Assembly: GCA_963796275.1 (NCBI GenBank)
Contig: CAWCKY010000002.1
Span: 640,001-704,000 of the forward strand
Direction: 5' to 3'
Length of the DNA: 64,000 nt
Source: an uncultured Acidobacteriota bacterium
Lineage (GTDB): Bacteria; Acidobacteriota; Blastocatellia; RBC074
Shown here one piece after another: positions 55,949 to 64,000 of this stretch; position 1 is the stretch's first letter; each line of letters begins with the position of its first letter. The notes beneath the pieces are model-generated. The model ran no database searches and had not been told where the DNA came from. It worked only from the letters and a program-made list of their open reading frames with translations. A program made the position numbers and the translations under genes.

Positions 55949-57175
55949 ATGCTGCCTAGCAGTCGTAGTGTCGTTATTTTCGTCTCTACTATCGCCATGA
56001 CGCTGGCTCTAAGCCTGGTTGCCACCGCGCAAGAGAGGCGGGAGAGGCGAAGCACGGTCGATGAAGCGAAATCCCCGCCGATGCCTGAGCACACAGCCAC
56101 TCCCACGCCCGTCAAACTCATCGAGCCACCCGGAGTCGACTATTTCTCTGGCGAAGCGAAGGTGGCCGTCAGCGGAAATCAGGTTCCTGTTATCCGCCTG
56201 GGATTATCGCAGTATGCGGCGACGATCATCGAATTCCCATCATCCGACCGGCTGTTCAATCTGATACCAGGCGACTCGAACCTGGTGACCATCGAGGAAT
56301 CGCCGACCAAGGAGACGGACCATTTCCTTATCGTTCGCCCCGGTGATGGGTTCGCCTCTCCGGCGACCATGTCCAAAGCCCGGCGCGAGCCGGCGACCTC
56401 GGTCATCGTGCAAATGCAGTCCGGACTGGTGGTCACGTTTCTCTTCTATCCCGTCAGGCAACTGAATGAACACGCCCACCGTGTCGTCGTGACATACGAC
56501 CGTAGCGAAGTAGTCGCGGTCAGGCGCGCCGCAGGACTTGCCGTCAATCTCGATAGCACAAACCGCGTACCCAGGCCACGCACTAATTCCCTGCGAATCG
56601 CCACGCCATCCGAATCGCCCGCTCCGGACGAAACAACTCCCGCGCAGGCCCCGGCCCCCCAGGCCCCCAGGGCTGTGGCCGATCTGGCCGAGATCGATAC
56701 TTCCGAGCCTCCAGCCAAGCGCCTCGGGAAGAGCCGAGATCCGGCCCGCACCGCCAGCCTCGCCCTGACCGAGGCAACCAAAACTCCCGAAATTTTTAAA
56801 AAGTGGAGCGAGACGGTCCACGGCCTGTCCCTCTCGGTCTCACCCATTCGCGAAGTGGACAAACACTCACAGCTCGTGGTCGTCGCCGTCAAGAACACGA
56901 GAAAGAGGGATGCGCGCATCGTGCCGGGTCAACCATCAATCTCGCTTGAAACGGTCGACAGCAAGAAACGTCCGATTCAGATAGAAGCGATCAGGACGCT
57001 CGCAGTGGACACGACGGTCGTGGATGAGGTGATCCGAGGCGGAGAGACTCAGTACTACGCGGTCGTTTACGAAACTCCCATTATGGGAGCCAGGCAGCGG
57101 TTGCGCGTATCCGTCGGACATATCACGGCAGCTGACGAACCGGCGACCGTGAATCTGACCTCATCGAATCGCTGA
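55949..57175 (+). CDS. VirB9/TrbG-like outer-membrane-complex protein
   Basis: AGGAG RBS, signal peptide, ATIIEFP..HFLIVRP..TSVIVQMQSG, Pro-rich linker. Confidence 0.6.
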   Translation: MLPSSRSVVIFVSTIAMTLALSLVATAQERRERRSTVDEAKSPPMPEHTATPTPVKLIEPPGVDYFSGEAKVAVSGNQVPVIRLGLSQYAATIIEFPSSDRLFNLIPGDSNLVTIEESPTKETDHFLIVRPGDGFASPATMSKARREPATSVIVQMQSGLVVTFLFYPVRQLNEHAHRVVVTYDRSEVVAVRRAAGLAVNLDSTNRVPRPRTNSLRIATPSESPAPDETTPAQAPAPQAPRAVADLAEIDTSEPPAKRLGKSRDPARTASLALTEATKTPEIFKKWSETVHGLSLSVSPIREVDKHSQLVVVAVKNTRKRDARIVPGQPSISLETVDSKKRPIQIEAIRTLAVDTTVVDEVIRGGETQYYAVVYETPIMGARQRLRVSVGHITAADEPATVNLTSSNR

Positions 57176-57205
57176 TCTCCAACCTACCGGAGAAAGGACT
57201 AGCAG

Positions 57206-58625
57206 ATGGACTCGAACGAATCCAACGACCTTTATCACAACGGCGCCGCCGGCGTCACCGAAGGAGCTCCGGGCGCACAAGACAATGACCTTGACCACCT
57301 GGACATCGAGGATGACGAGGATGATAGGCCGGGGGGTGAAGGGAGAGAGCCCGCCCGCAAAGGCAAGAGTAAGCGGCTCGTGGGCGGAATATTCATCCTC
57401 CTGATTCTCGTCGCTGCGGGAGCCGGCTTGTGGGTGATCTCCAACAGCCGGAAAACGAAGATCCAGATTCCGGTGCGGGACAATGCCAGGAAAACCGATC
57501 AATCAACTGCCCGCGGCAATGACGACTCCAATAGTATGACGGCGCAAGCTATTGAATCTGTCCGCAATTCGATTGCGACCCCGACGCCTGTGGCATCAGG
57601 ATCACCCATTCCCCCATCCGGAGTGAAAGGGACAACCGTGACCTCGAACACCCCTGTCACGGATGTTATTGGAGCCGGGAACACCGTCCGGTCACCCACG
57701 AACGATACAGCCGCCGGGCAAAGCGGCGTATCTTCGGGCGCGGGGGCGTCAAGGCGTGATGAAATCGCCTTCCAGCGCAATCCCGAGCGATCGATCCGGT
57801 GTGCCCCGACTCCCACTCCGGTCCCGGTGCGTCAATCACTCAGAGGAGAACCCGCTACTCAGCCAATACTTGAGCCTGCCGCACTCAAGCGCGTACTCGA
57901 CTCGGGTGTTGTGCTGCCTCCGTTCGGCGCGTTTCTCCCGGTCAGGACATTAGGGGCGATCTACACCCTGCGCCAGAGCATGGCCCGCTTCGAATTGACT
58001 CGAGACGTGCGTGGACAGGGATGGGAGCTGCAGAAAGGCACGCTTCTCATCGGACAACTACAAGGAAGCGAGCAGGACCGCGCATACATCAGCATGACGG
58101 GATTCATAGATCCATCCTCAGGAAAACTGGTAAAGGTGGATGGTGATCTCTTAGGAACCGACGGCGCGCCGGGCATCAAAGGCAAGCGGCACAAAGTGAG
58201 CAGCACCTGGAAGCGGGTCCTCGACCGCGCGGTGACCAGCGGCGTCGCCCTGGGACAGGCGGCGCTCTCAAGAGGGAATTCAACCACGATAGTTCTGCCT
58301 GGCGCGGTAGCTCCAGAGCTTACAGCCCTTACCTCGACCAGTAACCGTGAGTTCGTGGAGGTACCGGCAGCTACGCCCGCTTACCTTCTGATCACCCGCT
58401 TGCCGGAACAGGCGCCAGGCGTCGATGCGCCGCAGGTGGCTGCGGGAATGGCAGAGAACTCAACCTCTGCTTCTAACAACAATGGCGACAAGCTGCTCTC
58501 CGATGAAGAGGTGGCCCGGCTGATGGAATCCGGTTCGCCGGAAGAGATTCGCGCGGCGATGCCTCGCATGAGCTCTCGAGTTGCGGCAGCTCGCCGAGAC
58601 AGTGTTGAAGGAGACGAACAAGTAA
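57206..58625 (+). CDS. VirB10/TrbI-like protein
   Basis: TM, Pro/Thr linker, KGTLLIGQL..DRAYI..GTDGAPGIKG; removing one base near 58575 gives ..ELRQLAETVLKETNK* ending in TAATG overlap with next ATG. Confidence 0.72.
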
Positions 58626-59653
58626 TGCAACCGAAAGATCATTCAAGACCAAGCGTCAATCCGCGCCGCCTGCTCGAACAAAAAGGGATCGACGAGCTGG
58701 CTCAAACACTCGCCGATACCGGCTACCTGATCCAGCGACAGCTGCTCGTTGACCTTGCGCACACGCTGCGAAGCCGCAAGCCGCTGCTGATCGAAGGGCC
58801 TCGGGGCGGGGGGAAGACGGCGCTCGCCGAAGCCCTGGCCGAAGCCTGCAATCTGTCGACCTTCTACCTGCAGGGAATGGAGGGGCTGACCCTGGCCGAC
58901 GTCTTGTATGACTGGGACCGCGAGGGACAGACGCAGATGGTCCGGCAGGAGCTGGCCGCGGGAACTAAACTCAAAGACGCTCAGGACAAGCAATTCACGC
59001 GTGAATACTTGATTCTGGGTGAAGCCTTAGGGGCGTTCAATTACGCCGGTTCGCACGACGACGTGCCGGTGTTGATCGTCGACGAAGCTGACAAGCTTCA
59101 AGAGAAGGTCGAGGACATGCTCCTGCAATTGCTCGGCCGCGGTTATGCCCATGTGCCGCGCTTCGGCGACATCGGCGTGAGAGATCCCGCGCGGTGGCCG
59201 GTGGTGATCCTGCTTTCGAACGATATCCGGCACGACCTGTCGGCCCCACTGCGCTCGCGCTGTCTCTATACCTGGCTCGATCCGCCTTCCCCCCGCGAAG
59301 AAGTGCGAATCCTTAGGGCGCGAGCCCCGCTGGCTGGCCGGGAATTGGTGACCGGCGTTACCAAGCTCATCAACTGCATCAGGCGGGACATGCCTGGGGT
59401 CAGGGACAAGCCCGGGATCCGTGAGTCCATCGACCTGATCAGGGCCCTGACCCTGGCCGGAGTGAAGAAACTGACGGGGGACGTGATCGGCGAACACTTG
59501 TGCTACCTGGGCAAACGGCACAAGGAGCTGCTCAATCTGCGGCAGGGCCTCGCAAGACTTGAATTCGCCGTGCATCAGCCGGATGTAGAGATTGATGAGT
59601 GGGTGGCATGGGCCTTCGAGGATAAGGCCAGTGTGCTCGAACAGGCGGCCTGA
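58625..59653 (+). CDS. CoxD/MoxR-type AAA+ ATPase
   Basis: PLLIEGPRGGGKT, LQGMEGL..LYDWD, VLIVDEADK, LSN..DLSAPLRSRC, KPGIRESIDL. Confidence 0.85.
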   Translation: MQPKDHSRPSVNPRRLLEQKGIDELAQTLADTGYLIQRQLLVDLAHTLRSRKPLLIEGPRGGGKTALAEALAEACNLSTFYLQGMEGLTLADVLYDWDREGQTQMVRQELAAGTKLKDAQDKQFTREYLILGEALGAFNYAGSHDDVPVLIVDEADKLQEKVEDMLLQLLGRGYAHVPRFGDIGVRDPARWPVVILLSNDIRHDLSAPLRSRCLYTWLDPPSPREEVRILRARAPLAGRELVTGVTKLINCIRRDMPGVRDKPGIRESIDLIRALTLAGVKKLTGDVIGEHLCYLGKRHKELLNLRQGLARLEFAVHQPDVEIDEWVAWAFEDKASVLEQAA

Positions 59654-59663
59654 ACTGGAGAAG

Positions 59664-60332
59664 ATGATGGCTCTGAAGGCGCCGGCGCTATCGCCCATGA
59701 CCATAGTTTGCACGACGGCCTTGATCGTCATCGCGGCGTTTGTCGCCGCGAACTACTTCGGGCTGGGCGCAAAAGTGGTTGATCCCCAAGTCACGATGGA
59801 GCCCGGCCGGAGCGCGGCGGGGAAACAAGGATCCGTGCGGCAGGCCGCTATTCCAACAGTGATCGACGGCGAGGTGGTGCGGACTGCGGAGCGCATCACC
59901 GAGGCCACGGCGCTCACTTTTTCGGCCGCCCTTTACGCGGCAAACGAACAGCTCCGGGGGCGCACTCCGCGTACGGTGCGGGACTTGTTGGACGGAGTGG
60001 CCAGGCAAAACCTGATGCCGCCGGGTCTTGCGTTTACTCAGGTCGAAGGTGTGCTCGCTTCATCCTGCCCTCTGCAGTCGGCCGGCTGCGGAACCCTATC
60101 GGTTCGCTATCGCCCCGTCCCTTTGGGCATCGAGGTCGTCTCGATCGGAAGCAAACCCCAGGACGGCCCCGCGCTGATCGTGCGCCTGCCGGATGAGACG
60201 TCGGACCAGGGCGAAGCCAAATTGTTCATCGCCGATAGCCTGAACGTTGTGAAAGTGCCGGATCCGTTTGCGCCGGCGGCAGTGGTGATCGCATCCGGTT
60301 GGAGTCCTGAACGCTGGCGCTCGCTCAAATAA
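59664..60332 (+). CDS. Single-TM hypothetical protein, pseudopilin-like
   Basis: N-terminal TM, helix then GRTPRTVRDLL. Confidence 0.65.
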   Translation: MMALKAPALSPMTIVCTTALIVIAAFVAANYFGLGAKVVDPQVTMEPGRSAAGKQGSVRQAAIPTVIDGEVVRTAERITEATALTFSAALYAANEQLRGRTPRTVRDLLDGVARQNLMPPGLAFTQVEGVLASSCPLQSAGCGTLSVRYRPVPLGIEVVSIGSKPQDGPALIVRLPDETSDQGEAKLFIADSLNVVKVPDPFAPAAVVIASGWSPERWRSLK

Positions 60333-60349
60333 TCCCTGACGAGGTTTTC

Positions 60350-62503
60350 ATGGCCCTGGATCAATTCCTCAAGCGAATAGACGCCCGCTACCGGATACCA
60401 CGCCCCGCAAACGCCCTCTATCTGGACTCCTACCAGGCCGGATTTCGTCTCATGCGCGATGTGGGCGAAGGGATGCTGCTCGTCGCCTGCGGAGTGGGCA
60501 CCGCCTGCATTCTCTGGCAGATCGCGAATGTGCTGCTGCGGATCGGCGTCGAGATCCACGAATACATGCTCGCCGCTATGCCCGTCGCTCTGCTGATCAG
60601 TGTGGCCGAAGCCTTGTCGCTGGTGATTCCCTATTACCGAATCACACAGCGCTTGACCCACGGTTCGGCGCGATGGGCTGATGTGGAAAATCTGAAAGCG
60701 CTCGGACTGGCTCATGATAATCGGCGATTGTTGCCGCCCGGAGCACTGCGGATCGGGAGGCTCACGCGCCGGTATGAACTCGTCCTGCCGTTCGGCCAGG
60801 CCCTCCGCCATGTGGCGATCTTCGGCCCCCCCGGTTCCGGCAAATCGTCGAGCTTTTTTATGCCCATGGCCCGCGATTGGGCGAATCAGGGTTCCGCCAT
60901 CTTTCTGGATCCGAAAGGCGAGCTCTTCAAGCACACCGCCTGCCATTTCAGAAGAAGATACCGGGTCGACCTCTCCGATCCGAGATTGTCGGATCGATGG
61001 AACTTCGTCTCCGCCTGCAAGGGCGACGCGGAGACGGCACACGAGATCGCATCGATCATCGTCGGATTCGACCCGAACAAAGAATCGCACTTCGATCCGT
61101 TCTGGGCGCAGGCGGAGACCGCGCTGCTGACCGCGGTCCTGTTGCACCTGCCACAAATCGCGGTTAGCCCCACTCCGGCGATGATCGCCGAATACATTGC
61201 CAGCTCCGACCTGGCCTGGATCGATCGAGAGATGTCGCAATCGCCCGACCAGGAAGCCCGAGTCTATTGGGGGCTTTTCCAAAAAGCCGATAAGGAGAAG
61301 ACACAGGGAGGCGTCTTCACCGGGCTTGGAGTGAAACTCGCTCCATTCAGGTCGCCGCATGCCATGGCCGTCCTTCAATCTATAAGCCCGGAGGAACGCG
61401 CGCGGGGGCTGCGCGAGATCGATCTGTCCGACCTTCGCCAGCCCGGAACCGCCATCTATGTCGTCATTCCCGAGGGCGATGCGACTCGTTATCAGGTTGT
61501 GCTCTCGATCCTCTTCGGCCTGGCGGCATCCATGACGCGGAAGACGAGCCACGACGAGAACGGCGCTCTGGTGCTGCTGGCGCTCGACGAAGCAGGAAAC
61601 ATACCGCTGCATGGTTTGAGCGAAATGCTCGGCGTGGGCCGTGGGAGGCGTGTCAGCATCGTCCTGGGTTACCAGAACATCGGGCAACTCTACAAGCAAC
61701 ACGGACTCAACGGCGCACACGCGATCTTAGGCTCCGTCGGGACGATGATCTTTCTTCCGGGGCTCGACTCCGAGACGGCGCAGTATGCCGTCAAACGGAT
61801 CGGGCGCACCACGGTCCTGCAACATACTACTGTCGATTCGCCGGGGACCTCGCTGGACAACGAGCGGTGGGCCGAGACCGGGCGAGACCTGATCGACGCC
61901 GCGGAACTGCGGCAGATGGCGGAGTATCTGCAAGCCGTGGCAATCACCACCACAGCTCCGCCGATCAAGTTCGGGTTTCCCGAATATGAGAGGAGCGGTC
62001 GGCTGGCTCGGGCGCTCCCCCGCGAGTTGGGGCAACCGATTTCGCTGAAGGAGGCCATCAAGGCGGCAATGCCGCCGCGGGTGGAGGCGACGGCGGTGGC
62101 GGTGGACACGTATCCCGCCGACTTCCCCTCATCGGGATTCGGTGACGTCCCTTCGCGCCCACAGGAAAAGCGAGCGCCTGAGAGGCTGGCGAATAAGAAT
62201 CAGCTCTCGCTCTTCGACGGCGGCGGCGCGGGAAACGGCAAGCGCGCCACGCAAGATAAGCTCAAGCCCGGCGATCAAGATGACGCAATTTATTTCGGCG
62301 GCAAGCACCAAACCAGGAATTCACTCCCCGGCCTTTCGGAGATTGCCGATGAGAACGACGACAAACAGCGGGCGAGCCGGTTAGATCCGGATCCCGCGCC
62401 GCCCACGGAGCCCGCCCAGGCGACGAGGTCCCGGATCAGTGCGGCCAGGAAGCGCTCCAACCGGCGCGGATTCGGAGAAGCGCCGCCGCAGGAGGAGACG
62501 TGA
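60350..62503 (+). CDS. virD4: Type IV coupling protein VirD4/TraG
   Basis: Two N-terminal TMs, THGSARWA, GPPGSGKS, DPKGEL, LALDEAGN, YQNIGQL. Confidence 0.93.
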   Translation: MALDQFLKRIDARYRIPRPANALYLDSYQAGFRLMRDVGEGMLLVACGVGTACILWQIANVLLRIGVEIHEYMLAAMPVALLISVAEALSLVIPYYRITQRLTHGSARWADVENLKALGLAHDNRRLLPPGALRIGRLTRRYELVLPFGQALRHVAIFGPPGSGKSSSFFMPMARDWANQGSAIFLDPKGELFKHTACHFRRRYRVDLSDPRLSDRWNFVSACKGDAETAHEIASIIVGFDPNKESHFDPFWAQAETALLTAVLLHLPQIAVSPTPAMIAEYIASSDLAWIDREMSQSPDQEARVYWGLFQKADKEKTQGGVFTGLGVKLAPFRSPHAMAVLQSISPEERARGLREIDLSDLRQPGTAIYVVIPEGDATRYQVVLSILFGLAASMTRKTSHDENGALVLLALDEAGNIPLHGLSEMLGVGRGRRVSIVLGYQNIGQLYKQHGLNGAHAILGSVGTMIFLPGLDSETAQYAVKRIGRTTVLQHTTVDSPGTSLDNERWAETGRDLIDAAELRQMAEYLQAVAITTTAPPIKFGFPEYERSGRLARALPRELGQPISLKEAIKAAMPPRVEATAVAVDTYPADFPSSGFGDVPSRPQEKRAPERLANKNQLSLFDGGGAGNGKRATQDKLKPGDQDDAIYFGGKHQTRNSLPGLSEIADENDDKQRASRLDPDPAPPTEPAQATRSRISAARKRSNRRGFGEAPPQEET

Positions 62504-63033
62504 ATCAGGCCGCGAGCAAAAGGCGGGTTCGAATGTCTCTCGTGATGTTCGGCGCATCGGCGGCTTCGCTCATTATCGCCTACGCGGCCGCGACCATCCT
62601 GGAGGTTTGGCAGCTGCGCGAGCAGACACCCCGACTCGCCGCCGACAGCATGGTGAAAACCCTCCGCGCCCATCACCGGCAAACGGGGCGATTCCCGAAC
62701 GATTTCCGTGAGTTGGAGGCGAGAGTCTGGAAACACAAAACCATGCCTGATTTCGGAGCTGACGGACGCAGTCTCTCGATAGCCAACTATTACTACCTTT
62801 ATCACCCGGTCAATGCAGGCGCCTGTACGATCTGGATCATCCCGGTGGGTCCGCGACGCGAAGAGGGCTCGACACACTTTTTGCTGCTCTATCCGGATAG
62901 CCTGCGACGATGGAAAGGCCCGCCGCTCTCGCTCGACGAGATCGGAAAACTTCGCAGCGTGCCGCAGTACGGCGAGATGAACATCCTGGGAATGACCGAG
63001 CAACGGCCGATCGATCTGGTTAAGAGGAAGTAG
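62500..63033 (+). CDS. Single-TM hypothetical protein, pseudopilin-like
   Basis: GTG start overlapping virD4 stop; TM, helix then TGRFPNDFREL. Confidence 0.68.
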   Translation: MNQAASKRRVRMSLVMFGASAASLIIAYAAATILEVWQLREQTPRLAADSMVKTLRAHHRQTGRFPNDFRELEARVWKHKTMPDFGADGRSLSIANYYYLYHPVNAGACTIWIIPVGPRREEGSTHFLLLYPDSLRRWKGPPLSLDEIGKLRSVPQYGEMNILGMTEQRPIDLVKRK

Positions 63034-63044
63034 CGAGGTGAGCG

Positions 63045-64000
63045 ATGCGCGCGGTGGTCAGGGCGGTACAATCCGGGGGAAAAGGCGTCTCTTACCAGGC
63101 GCGCTATATCGCCGAGTCCGAGCTCAACCGCGAGCGTGAAGGGGAGAAGACGCGCCCGCTATTTAGCAACCGAGGCCATGACAGCCTCACCTATCGCGCA
63201 GCCAACCAGTTCCTGACCGGTGGAGAAGGAGATCCTCTGAAGAAGGACCTGATTCACCTAATCGTCAGCTTTGAAGAGAAGGATTTCGAGGCCCTCAGAG
63301 CGCACGATGATGAGCGCATAGCAGCGTTGCGGGAGGTCGCCCGCGAGGCGATGGAAGGTACGAAGGCCGATCTCCGCGTCCGCGACTGGAGATGGGTCGC
63401 CGGCATTCACCTCAATACGGATAATCCTCATATTCACTTTTTGATTCACAAGGAGATCGCAAGCGACGACCCGGAGCGCCTCCGGTTGGGCAATATCCCG
63501 AAACGGCTGCTGCCAAGCCAAGTGACGGGCCAGGATGGAGAGACTCACCCCACCGAGGGTGTAATCGGTGAGAATTTCGTCCGGGCGTTGGAGAGCGGGA
63601 TCAGCCTGCAAGCTCTGCGCCAGGGAAAGCTCGCGCCGTCACCGGCGCTCGCCTCGCTGCTAAAGGAGCTGGAGGTCAGCCGGACCGGACGCCAGGTGCT
63701 CAATTTTGAAGCCTCGTTGTACGAGGTCTCACTCCACAAAACCCAGGTGAACAAACAGAGGCGGACAAGCTACGAATCGCTTACCGCCCACGAACGCCGC
63801 TATCTCTCGGAGAGGATCGAGGAGCAAACACGGTCTCTCGCCCGCGAACGCGGTTCCGACGAGTCTGTTCTGCTCGAAGCGAATCGGAAACGTCCTTCGC
63901 TCGACGGACGCGGCCTGACTCGAGAGATCATCGCCAGAGGACAGGAGACCGCCTCCGGAGAGCCGCCCGACGTTCTTCACGACCCGAGGGCCGTCTTCAA
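63045..64000 (+). CDS. MOBP-family relaxase, 3'-truncated by window (absent from ORF track)
   Basis: GAGGTG RBS, ATG 63045, frame open to window end; ARYIA, HLIVSF, WVAGIHLNTDNPHIH (HUH motif). Confidence 0.9.
   Translation, partial: MRAVVRAVQSGGKGVSYQARYIAESELNREREGEKTRPLFSNRGHDSLTYRAANQFLTGGEGDPLKKDLIHLIVSFEEKDFEALRAHDDERIAALREVAREAMEGTKADLRVRDWRWVAGIHLNTDNPHIHFLIHKEIASDDPERLRLGNIPKRLLPSQVTGQDGETHPTEGVIGENFVRALESGISLQALRQGKLAPSPALASLLKELEVSRTGRQVLNFEASLYEVSLHKTQVNKQRRTSYESLTAHERRYLSERIEEQTRSLARERGSDESVLLEANRKRPSLDGRGLTREIIARGQETASGEPPDVLHDPRAVF

Larger units (their letters stand above)
42352..64000. mobile_element. Integrative conjugative element inserted at tRNA-Pro (far border and integrase not in window)
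   Basis: att-like signals directly after the tRNA, excisionase-like HTH, T4SS genes, coupling protein and relaxase. Confidence 0.8.

Noticed and set aside
57206-59653. 815-aa VirB10-AAA+ fusion in the ORF track
   Set aside because: Removing one base near 58575 gives a natural helical end and a TAATG stop/start overlap at 58623-58627; most likely two genes
60107-61720. 537-aa antisense ORF (also 13058..14029, 35431..36309, 6739..7512)
   Set aside because: Shadow frames of well-supported genes in GC-rich DNA, no recognisable motifs

Overview
Bacterial chromosomal window. Gene content and repeat style suggest Acidobacteriota, probably Blastocatellia-like (inference). Bases 1-42351 are host chromosome: a degenerate sensor-kinase-like gene with divergent sigma54-type promoters, TPR/DUF58/MoxR genes, a hemC-hemD fusion, an NtrC-family activator, a GMC oxidoreductase pair, a complete alternative complex III (actABCDEF) plus SCO/caa3-type (A2) oxidase operon, hrpB, several conserved hypotheticals and the ihfA-merR-tRNA-Pro(GGG) locus. 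From 42352 to the window end lies a tRNA-Pro-integrated conjugative element. It has an att-like border (IHF site, arm-type repeats), integron-cassette debris with a canonical attC, a broken serine hydrolase, an excisionase-like HTH, divergent VirB2-B3-B4-B5-B6 and VirB1/B8-B9-B10 gene blocks, VirD4 and a MOBP-type relaxase running off the end. The most unusual aspect is the conjugation module. It has no VirB11 in the window, and a CoxD/MoxR-type AAA+ ATPase without a VWA partner occupies that slot. Two pseudopilin-like paralogues flank VirD4, VirD4 carries a QLSLF clamp-binding-like motif, a duplicated 183-bp-period block holds six palindromic sites, and sigma54-like motifs precede the tra operons. 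Many single-base frameshifts (cox1, cox2 tail, virB6, virB10 and others) probably reflect consensus errors, so apparent fusions and pseudogenes need read-level checking. All calls are from reading the sequence; no searches were run.
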